Of a stretch of 64,000 bases of DNA, positions 38,602 to 49,597 are shown piece by piece (the first letter of the stretch is position 1; each line of letters starts with the position of its first letter). The DNA comes from Octopus vulgaris (lineage: Eukaryota). The stretch is from the NCBI GenBank assembly GCA_951406725.2, contig OX597820.1:93248001-93312000 (forward strand), given 5' to 3'. Below the pieces are notes generated by a model, which made no database searches, was not told where the DNA came from, and was given only the letters and a program-made list of their open reading frames with translations. The position numbers and the translations under genes are program-made.

Positions 38602-41273
38602 GTATTCCACATTTAATACACCTTTTGATTCCTGCAATAATCTTAAGATATATTGATCATTTAAATTCCACTATTATTTCTCTTTTGATAATTTTTCTTT
38701 CCTATGTTTATACTTTATCTAATAAGAATAATATAATACACCTAATAATAATAATTGATTCCTTTGTATGCATATACATATACATGTAAATGTATAGATA
38801 TATATTTATGTAAATGTAAAAGTGTGTATATATGTATGTATTTATATTTATAACTTATCTTATGAACTTTCTAAACTCTCTGACAAAGCCCAGAGGCACA
38901 CCCAAGTACCTTAATCTTATCTACCAAATACTTCAGTTCACTGAAGAGATGGAAGTAATATGGGGTACTATAGCCTCCTGAATGAAACAGCTGTTAGATA
39001 CTACCCTACCTTGTATGCTCTACGTTATATATTTTAATAATCACTGGTATTTTTATATTTTATATATTATATATGGAAAGTATAATATGTTATACATGTA
39101 TGTATATTGCTATAATTGATTTTTTTAAAAATAGACATATAATGTCTAAAAGTTGATGAATACCATATCTTGATTCCCTCCATTTTCTTATTGCTGTGTA
39201 TATATATATATATATATACACATACATAAACATATATATATATGTGTGTGTGTCTGTATATGTATATATACATATATATGTATACATATGTGTGTCTATA
39301 TATGTATATATACATATATATGTATACATATGTGTGTCTATATATGTATATATACATATATATGTATGTATACATATATATATACATATATATATATACA
39401 TACATATAAATACATTCATACATATATATACATTCATGTATATATACATATATATATAAAGTCGATTTCAGATGTTAATCTCTAATTTCTTACCCCATCG
39501 GTTTTTACCTCGGTACTCTTTTTCTACTGAATGTTTTTGCATATAAGTAACATGGATAGATTCCTCTGGCCGAGATTCATCATATAAGCTAAAATAAAAT
39601 ACAGATTGCCTTTAAAAAAAATATATATTTGCACTCAAAGTCGATTTCAGGCATTATTCTCCTGTTTTTTGACTTCACATATTTTGCTGAAACACTTTTC
39701 TTAACTGAAACAATTCTCAAATTTTGTAGCTGAAAAGGTAATTTGGATGTGACCAATCTAAAAATGTAAACATCATTTAATTTGGTTAGTGACAAAGCCC
39801 TAAAAGTGGTCATCATAAGTGAGTAAATGTTGACCTCAAGAATATTACTCACACACTATTGTGTGAGAATGATTACTTCTTTTAAGAAAAAAATCTCTCA
39901 GCTACAAATGGTGACATTGTTGTCATTTCCTTCCCTACAGATTATCTACTGCTTGTGCTTTCAAAGTTATGTGGATAAGACATTCCTTACTTGGAAAACA
40001 GGTAACAGCCAGCAACTGGAAGGGTATCTAACTTTAAAACAATATCCCAATATATATCCATCTAACCCAAGCCAGCATGGAAAAAAATGGACATAAAGTG
40101 AATGATAGAAGCATAGAAGAAAAGTAATGGCAGAATTATTAATTGGAATGAAACCTCTACTGAAATCTAAAATTTTTACAATCCTTCCCTAAGTTTTTTT
40201 TTTTTATTCTTTGATTTTTTTTTTAATCAGTTTAAAATACAGACAGTTCGAATTCCTGACTTAAATCACAGTAATAGACCATTAACCATATTTATGGGGA
40301 GAAAAATATTTGAAAAATATCAATACATCAGACTGGCAAACAAACAAGGATGATATAAGGTGGTAGCGACATGTGCTAACAATAACAGCTATATAGCCCT
40401 TAAATCATGCAACAAAAGTTCGTTTTTTTTTGTTTTTGTTTTTGCATAGCTGTATCAATTCTTGTGTGTAAAACACAAATTCACAAAAGTTTTCTGGAAA
40501 TTCCCCCAAAAAAACGAAAAAGTTATGAGGGGTTATACAGCGCGCTTAAACAAAAATTCTGTCAGCACTTCTATATGCAAATGCATAAAATTACAAAGGT
40601 GCTTAATATGTTGCATAATGTGATTTTTGTCCCCAGGTAGCAACCATTATCTCCTATTTGCTTGTCCCAAGAAAGTATGAAAAATGGCTGATATTTCCTT
40701 CAAACTTGCTTTTATTACAAATATTTATTCAAATACCAAAGAATCCCACTCAACACATGGCTATGATGCTCCCCAACTAATTCTGCCCATGATCAGAGAT
40801 GCACATACTATCAGCCTCAAGTAGCTGAGGTCAAGCAACTGACAAGCAAATTTGTGGTATTGAGCAAAATATTTGCTATAACGATATTTGTGCTTCAGCA
40901 ACTCAGCACTGAATCTGTCTGAAATGTAATGGAAAATAGGTTAGTTTCAAAACATTGATGTCCTGTTCACAAAAACAAGTTTGAAAGAAATATTAGTCAT
41001 TTCCTTTGATACAAAAATTAAAAATAGGAAATAACACTTACTGACCAAAGACACCAAAAATTTTATTTTTATTTTGTTACATAGTGCTATTTGTTATTGA
41101 ACCATTTGATATGTACTAAACTGCTATTCTAAGATGCATGCTTCACACAATCTTGACAAACGTTGATTTCTCAGTTTGTAGGTTACAAATGAAGAGACTG
41201 CCACATCCTTTTGCTCCCAACTATAAATGTAACAAGTGGATAGTACTATGTAAAACTTGATATGCTTTATGCA

Positions 41274-41596
41274 TTCATCATCATCATCATCATCATCGTT
41301 TAATGTCCATTCTCCATGCTAGCATGGGTTGGACGGTTCGACCAGGGATCTGGGAAGCCAGAAGGCTGCACCAGGCTCCAGTATGATCTGGCAGTGTTTC
41401 TACAGCTGGATCCCCTTCCTAACGCCAACCACTCTGGGAGTGTAGTGGGTGCTTTTTATGTGCCACCGACACAGGTGCCAGGCGAGGCTGGCAACATCCA
41501 TGATCAGATTGGTGCTTATTACGTGCCACCAGCACGGAAGCCAGTCAAGGCGGCGCTGGCATCAGCCATGTTCAGATGGTGCTTTTTATGTGCCCT
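41274..41596 (-). mobile_element. RTE-3'-end repeat inserted into an older dispersed repeat
   Basis: The flanks (41165-41275 and 41596-41640) are contiguous in the uninterrupted copy at ~44570-44735. Confidence 0.75.
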
Positions 41597-41833
41597 TATG
41601 TAAATTGTAAGTGACACTGGTCAGAATTTCCAGCTGGACACCATACCAGTGTGTATATAGTATTAAGTATAATTATCACAATTTCTAGTTTTGTTATCAA
41701 AATGTAGGCTCTAAGCATCGATGATTTGCAAAACCTACGATAAAAATGAGAATATATAAATACCTGGGTGCGAACAGCCATGTTACATGGCAGTAAAACA
41801 GGCTGTGACTGTGACTATATATATATATATATG

Positions 41834-42140
41834 TGGAGGCAATGGCCCAGTGGTTAGGGGCAGCGGACTTGTGGTCGTAGGATCGTGGTTCCGATTCCCA
41901 GACCGGGAGTTGTGAGAGTTTATTGAGCGAAAACACCTAAAGCTCCACGAGGCTCCGGCAGGGGGTGGTGGTGATCCCTGCTGTACTCTTTCGCCACAAC
42001 TCTCTCTCACTCTTTCTTCTGTTGGCCTGCTCGCTTAGCCAGTGGGGTGGCATCATTTGAAGGCTAAAACAATGCGAAGCGCATTGTGACCAGCGATGTG
42101 TAGCAACATCTGATAGCCTGGTCGGTCACGGTGGCGGTGA
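41834..42140 (+). mobile_element. tRNA-derived SINE (third family)
   Basis: tggcccagtggttagg A box, ggttccgattcc B box and a GC-rich body, flanked by (TA)n. Confidence 0.75.
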
Positions 42141-43359
42141 TATATATACATGTGAAGGCTTGAAAGAAATGAAGCTAGTATGCTTTACTAGATGTACAAT
42201 GTCAGTGTGCACATACGACAGAGTGTAAGTGTCTTGAGAGAAAAATTGGGCATAAGAGGTGCAGATGTGGTGCACAAGAGACTGATAGGATAAGTACCAG
42301 GTTTTTAAAAAAAAGTACTAGGGCTGATTTATTCAACTAAGAATTCTTCATGCTGGTGTCCCAGGATGGCCACAGTCTAAAGACAAACAAGTAAAAGAGT
42401 ATAAAAGATAAAAAGATATATATTCTACATTAGAAATATATTGAATTAAGATAATGATATTAAACACATTTATCATTGTCGTGAAGACTAACTAATACAC
42501 ACCCACATCAATATTAATATCAATAAATCAAGGCCTCTTCAGAAATAATAAGCAACATCCTGTGGGTGGAAGAGGCAAAACTAGAGTGGCCGGTTCAACA
42601 CAACAAAAAATAAAGAAAAAAATAAGAAAATTTAACGTATTTCATAAGAATGAATGTGGTTTTTGTGATGTTATTTCTTTTATTTATTTTTCTTGTCGTT
42701 AGATATTTTGTGAACGGAAATATTTATTAAACCGCCCAGATTAATTTTCCATTTGAACTAGTTCTGACTGATTATGTTACTTGTTGTCACAGCAGATGGG
42801 CTATTTAGCGAAGAAGATAAAAAAATTTTCCATTCAAATCTTATCATTACCATCATTATTGTTACTATCGTGGACTTACATGCTGGCCTGTCATTCCCAT
42901 CATAATGTTGTTTGCAGCAGCTTTCACAAGTAGAAGGGTCTGAGCAGCAGCAGCAGCAATAACAACCACCACCACCACCACCACCACAACATGCATCAAC
43001 CATGCACCAGTGTCTTATGCCAACACTTTGTCAAAATATTTCATGATGTTTGCAACATGAGTATGTTTTTATAGAGCTTTACTTAAAATTGTTCCAGTTT
43101 AAAAACCGGACACCTTTTTTGTTGTAAGCTACCACAAAAGAACAGACTAGAAACGTTCAAAGTGGAACACCATTAGTATAAGATAAATTCTCTTTCTACT
43201 GCAAGAGTTTTCTCCACACTGATGATGCACTATGCTTAATCTTCAAGTCAGGAAGGTCTCTAGCTGAAATACTGTCAAAGATAATTCACCTCAAATACAC
43301 CCACAAATGTTAACACACGAGGCAATATTTAAAGACTCGTGCAACACAAATTGGCATAT

Positions 43360-43760
43360 AGGTGCAGGCATAACTGTGTGGTAAGAAGATTGCTTCCCAA
43401 TCACATGGTACCAGGTTCAGTCCCACAGTGTAGCACCTTGGGCAAATGTCTTCTACTATAGACTTTGGGCTGGCCAAAGCCTTGTGAATGGATTTGGTGA
43501 ACTGAAACTCAAAGAAGGCCATCGTGTGTATGTGTGTGTGTTGTCATGTCTGTGTTTGTCTTCCACCACCACTTGACAACCACTGCTGGTGTGTTGACAT
43601 TCCTGTAACTCAGCAGTTCGACAAAAAGAGGCCGATAGAATAAGTACCAGGCTTAACAAGGAAATAAGTACTGGAGTCAATTCATTTGACTAAAAATTCT
43701 TCAAGCTGGTGTCCCAGCATGGCCACAGTCTAATGACTGAGACAAGTAAAAGATAGAAGA
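43360..43760 (+). mobile_element. SINE family A, older subfamily
   Basis: ctgtgtggtaagaag..ggttcagtcccacag..ccttgggcaa..gactgagacaagtaaaaga. Confidence 0.8.
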
Positions 43761-46700
43761 TATGAAAAGGAAAGTTACAGAAACTACTGAATAGAAATTT
43801 AGAGAAAAATATATTTGAATAAATTTTATTTTCAACAAGGAAAATTCAATATGAGAAGCAAACTTGTTTACAATTTGCTTTTCATAACAAAGCAAAATCT
43901 GTTTGCCATTTGTCTAAACTGTGTAGTTACACATTGTAGCAAGGATATGTACAGGTTATGACAAGTGTCAAGATATATGATTATACAGAACAGCAAGAAT
44001 GTAAGTAGTGATATAAGTAAAGATAAACTGTAACACAGTACAAGAAGGATGCGTGTGTGTGGGATCAGTGATATTTTAACTATACTATTGACAATTTATT
44101 AGAGATAATGTTGGTTAGTAACCCTTTTGTTACTGTATTTATTTTGAAATGCTCTGTATTTCTTTCAACTACTTTAAATATAACAAAGAATTTAGTAAAA
44201 TAATTTAGTTATCATTAAGCTGGTGTTAGGAACATAAATTGTGACTAAGGTTTGGTGGGAGATTTTAATTCAAAACAAGAGCCAGAGCCGGTTTCAGCTG
44301 GGTTGGTAACAGAAGGGCTGTGTTAATCAGTGATTGCAGCTGCCTAACTAAAACTGATGTCTAACACAGACAGACAGAAAGGATGCATATTTTGGGGGAA
44401 GGGTATAGTTGATTAAATTGCTTTCTATGCTTGACAGGTACTTATTTCACCAAAACCCTAAAAAGTTAAAAGGTAACACGGACCTTGTGAGGGTTTGAAC
44501 TCAGAACGTAAAGGACCACAACTAAATACCATAAAGCATTTTATTGCCTAAAAGATAGACAGATTAATTCCTCAGGTTGTAAATTACAGATGAGGAAACT
44601 GCAACATTCTTTAACTCTCAACTATAAACATAAGTGGATGATTACTGCCTACGTAAAACTTGATATGCTTTGCACATTCATAGAGAATATTATGTAAGCT
44701 GTATGTAGCATTTGTCAGAATTTCTAGGTGGATAGCTTACACAAGTTTTGGAAAGTAGGTTTTTAGAAAACAAGGGCAATGCATGAAAAGAGACACAGAG
44801 ATCTGCTCAATTAAGGTTAACTTGGTGGTGAGCAAAGTGTAGAAGTACCATATATTGAATACTTAGCATGCCTGCATGTTCGTATATTAGAGTAACTCTA
44901 AGCTAGTGTACACCAAAAATCCTGCCATCTGTTTTTAAATATGCACATTTCAAAACAAAAACAGATCTTGCTGAGCCCACATAGTCACTCAAATTCCTAG
45001 AAACAGCAGCCAAATCTTCATAACAGTATATCCTAGTATCTAAGAAGAAAGGATACTCTGATTAACGGAGTTACAGTGAAGGGTGGTACTCTGTTCACAA
45101 AATGAATTGAAGAGAAAAAGCAACCATGATGCAGGAAGAAAGACAATCAGTGCTACTATATAGCAAGCAGTCTATGGCAGTATCTATAATCTACATACTG
45201 TAATGTGTAGTTTACCAAGACCTCCACCAAACACAGTTACTAAGGCCAATCAACAAATTCTCTCATATCCTTCATACATTTTACCCTTTATAAATCCTCT
45301 GAAAGACATCCACATGAAAGTCATCTCAAAAAAAAAAGGGAGTGCCTGTTATTACTATTAATCCATGAAGTAAAATTTTGCTTTTATTCTTATTAAGGGC
45401 TACGATCGATCGCTAATACATTCTATAATAAATGCTTCTTTTTATCTTGTAATGTAAACACTCAGGGTAGACAGCATGTTATAATAAAAGTGTCTGTAGT
45501 CATACATCATCATTATTGAGAGGTAATATTAATCCCCACTTAAACATACTCTATTGGATCAAACTTTACTGCAGTAGATACCATGAGAGAAACTTCCATA
45601 TTGTCTTTTGGTGCAAAATGCCCTCTTGTTTAAATCACTAGCAGGGAGCTAAATCCCTGCCATCTCCAGCACTGAGACCATCAGATAATGTAATTTCAAC
45701 TTTCCTTGGTCTTATTAATGATGAACACTTTAATAAGTTCAGGCATGTAAAGAGAAAGTGTCAAGACTAAATGTATTAGGATTACTCTTAGTAATATCGG
45801 GATTCAGTTCAATACATTAGTAGTCCATTTAGTAAAACACAACTATGTGGATGCCCAATCAGATGTTGAACATTTCAGTATGTATTCCATCTTGGTATGG
45901 AAACCAATGTCCCCACTGGTATCTTCATTCTCTGAAAAGGTCCCCATCATACTCGATGGTATGATTTTTGAAGATGTTGATCAATTTTAAGCATCTTTAT
46001 GCATCTTTCACATTGACCATACATGTGGTACATTCTGTCATTTTCAACCTCAGCTTTGATCTAGATCTAAGATCCATATAGCCACAAAAGTTTACATGTG
46101 AAGAGTATATGTTTACACTAGTCAGTTATATACAGCTGCAAAACATATCCAGGCTGGAAGTATTTGAGCTACTTTCACTTTTAGCAAGATTTTTTTATGC
46201 TTACACTTAGGATTTTGTATCAACCACTGAAGTCTGTAATCTTTGATTTGCTTCAAAGACTTAAGGTACTCTTTGTTGGTTTGGGCATGCACTCCTTTGT
46301 CTATGGAACAAACTCATCTGTGATGCAATCATGTCCGAACTGCACTTAGGATGATGTAGAAAGCAATTGAAAAGGTGAATGAAAATAAGTCAGATCTTGA
46401 ATCAACATCTGCAAATATGATAACAGCTGTTCAAATCAAGACTGGCTGATGTGTTCTCCATCAGACATTTATGACCAGGTTCATGCAACTGTAGGCTCAC
46501 TGGCTGGAGGTGGCTCAACCTATGCCAGGTGAACACTAACACAAGTACAAGTGTTTGATCATAAGAAAAAAAAATATTGCTTGCTGTTATTTAGTTCCAG
46601 GCTAATCCTGTGCAAACTGAGTTATAATCAAAGGCATTCTTTACCAGTACAATCCCACCTATCTTAAAATTTTATTTGTAGAGTACAGTTTGAAGGAGAT

Positions 46701-48903
46701 TTGACTGTTATTTCTGAAAGGTTGAGGAACCATGTAGAGGTTGCCTTGACTGTTTCTTTGTAAACGTAACCAAGTAACAGAGAGTGCTGCTACTTCGCTT
46801 CAATGCTAATATGAATTAAACCAGAAATCAATAACTATTGCATATGCTCGCTCGTCAATACATATTATTATATACATACACATAGTAACTGAACACATGT
46901 GATAAGAACAGATCAATGAGTCATCAATATAACGACTTTTCTATCATTCGATCAGCTTTCCAACCACAACCGTGCGTCATCTATTGCAATATAATGTCTC
47001 CTTTCTAAATAAAGTTAGGGGTGATTGGAGGGAGATTTAGTTGAACAGATCGAGTAATTGAAATTGCAGATGTTGGAATAGAATATACCCAATATGCTGA
47101 TTCTGTGGATTGCAGCACGACCTCTGACCTGCTTTCAACGGGTCATAGGGCATCTTGAATAGGACAGACCGAGATTACAGATTAACAATAATAAGCTTTT
47201 CTACATAACGCGACAAGGTAGAATCCAAATCTCCCTGCAACTGCAGCTAACAAGCTTAAAAAGGGAATAACACATTATATATAACACTAAAAAAAATACG
47301 TTTTGCTCAAGAATGATGAGCGAGAATGCTGGTCAAGACTAACCAGAAACTAAATGATGGTAATAAAAAGAGGGGCAACATGAAGAAGTATAGACTAAAT
47401 ATCCAAAATTAGGAGGGAGGAGAAACCTTCTCAATGTGACTTCTTTTTAAATTTTTGTCAGAGAGAGAAGGATAACGCCAGTGACCGTTTATTTTTCTGT
47501 CCAGGGCTACCGGCACTCGCAAGCCCGAATGCTTACAACAGAAGTGATCCCCACAGAAGTCACCCAAAAAAAAAGGACCAGATGGATAGTGATGTTAAGT
47601 CTACCTCCCCAAAAGTTTTAATTTAAACGCTCGTTAATAATTTATACTAGAGGCGGCGATCTTTCGTCTGAATGATTGCCCTAGAGGCATTTTGTATGCC
47701 TTCATATGCAATACCAATCTGATTAAGACAGATAAACATTAATATCGCTCCAACACTGATTTTAAAATGTTTTTTTTTTTTTTTTTTTTTTTCTCGCTCT
47801 AACTTTTGTAAAATATGCTTTTTTTCACAGAATATTTTAATTAAAATGTATTTTGCACTTCATCATATAATATATTGGGACAATTCAATAAACTCTACCC
47901 TTTCACTACATGCAGATTTCTATGCGGGTTTTCAAGTGGATGATAGCACAAAATATAAATCAATATTTGAAATTTAGACTTCCAATCAATAGTTTTTGTA
48001 AATAACCTTAAAAGAAACAGTTCAATGGTGTTCGTACAAAAATCTTTGTATAAGCTGTATGTATATGAATGAAAGAGGTAACAGAAGTGGGATGCATCTG
48101 TGAATGTTATCGACTGAGCAACAGTTGCAGTTAAAAAAGATATTTTGACAATGACAAGGTCGTTGCTACTATCAACTATCTTTTTCGACTAACACACACC
48201 TGTGTCTATATCCAGTTTAGAAATAGCAGCCAAATCTCTCTCAGATCATATCGTTCCATCTTTAAAAAAAAAAAGATAGAACGGATGAAAGATTAATTAA
48301 TCTGGTCCTTGGTACACAACGGTCTGGCATTATTAAAATATATAAAACGATAAGGTTGTAGTTGGAATATCTTTGAATATAGGATTGCTAGATCACAGTA
48401 AACTACGGGTAAACAATAACTGAGAAACTTTCAGGGCACTAGTTGATATCAGATGAAAATAAAAGTTAGGGAAACTTTGATGAGAAAAGCAATCTCGTAG
48501 ATACTTAGAGATTATCAATATAAGTGTCTGTGTGTCTGTTTGTTTATCGTCATGTGATATTGCTGTTATAATTAGCTTGAGTTCGCAGACTCTTTTATAT
48601 ATATATATATATATACCTATATATATTATATATTTGGTCCGAATTTTTAATTAACTGACACGATAAAACAAATACCCATACCTATATATTTCCGTAAAAT
48701 ACCTTTGTATTAAAAATAAAATAAAATAAATCTAACAATCAGGCATTTAAAATCTATTACTACTAAGATATAAAAAAAAAAGTTCAGTAGTAAATAGAAA
48801 GCAAGTAACTGAATTCCGGATTTATGATTTGATGCAAGCAGGGCAGAGAGATTTCTTAGTGAGGACAATATAAAAATAAAGTATGCGATCCAAAAGAACT
48901 TAC

Positions 48904-48985
48904 CATAAGCTATGATAGAAAGCAATCCTAAAGTGATGAAAACCTGCATTTTTTTCTTACAACGAGGAAGAGGAAAAATCGTCAT
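48904..48985 (-). CDS. UXS1: First coding exon A (distal) of a type II membrane protein, probably UDP-glucuronic acid decarboxylase 1 (UDP-xylose synthase): MTIFPLPRCKKKMQVFITLGLLSIIAY + phase 1
   Basis: ATG at 48985, 27 codons plus 1 nt, then a perfect GTAAGT donor (48903-48898). Basic cluster followed by a hydrophobic TM segment, recalling vertebrate UXS1 RRRMKLLLGIALLAYVASVWG (from memory, not a database search). Splices in frame to 17375-17339. Confidence 0.75.
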
Positions 48986-49009
48986 TTGCTTTGCCTCGGG
49001 AACATGCCT

Positions 49010-49100
49010 TCTACAGAACCTATCAACATCCGGTGTCTATATTAATAATGGCACCAAGGGAAGTAACTCGGTCGTTTTATTTCAATTGGCTGTTTCGCTG
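49010..49100 (-). promoter_or_regulatory. Putative core promoter of first exon A
   Basis: Just upstream of the ATG: ETS-like CCGGATG (49033-49027), GGAAGT (49059-49064), YY1-like ATGGC/GCCAT (~49048-49052) and CCAAT on the minus strand (49089-49085), in CpG-retaining DNA. Confidence 0.4.
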
Positions 49101-49503
49101 ATGAGCTGAATCAATCAATAGACGTTTGGGGAAATGGGTTGTGGTAGGTACTTATACTCCGATTTTATATGTCCCAACTCCAAATCCCGTTGGAGTCAAC
49201 TTTGCTTTTTATCTCTTAGCAGTTGATATAATAAAGTAACAGTTAAATATTGTGGTTAGTTTTTATTTATTTTACTTACTAACACCCTTAACACAAATTT
49301 TTGACATTTTTACTTGGATTGACAGTATCATTAGTGTCTGACAAAATACTTTGTGATATTTATTCCGGCTTTTTACGTCCACTGTTTAGTTCCCGCTGGG
49401 GTGAACTGTGTATTTCATATCTCTGGGGTTGATGAAATAAAAAGGTCAGTGTAATCGACTAAGATCTAACAAAATTATTGACTTTGTGCTAACAATTATT
49501 ATG

Positions 49504-49504
49504 A

Positions 49505-49595
<91 letters not shown>
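49504..49595. repeat. (CT)n microsatellite ~0.5 kb upstream of first exon A
   Basis: Directly visible. Confidence 0.95.

Positions 49596-49597
<2 letters not shown>

Noticed and set aside
42758-43003. Cys/Gly-rich 81-aa ORF resembling a metallothionein or keratin-associated protein
   Set aside because: Derived from (CAG)n/(CAC)n triplet repeats, with no supporting gene structure.
45400-46550. Stretch with a coding-like look
   Set aside because: No sustained ORF or recognisable motif; probably an ancient TE remnant but not supportable.
48710-48903. Continuation of the 91-aa ORF 48710-48985 as a single-exon protein
   Set aside because: A perfect GTAAGT donor after codon 27 and T-rich intron-like sequence beyond it; read-through is incidental.
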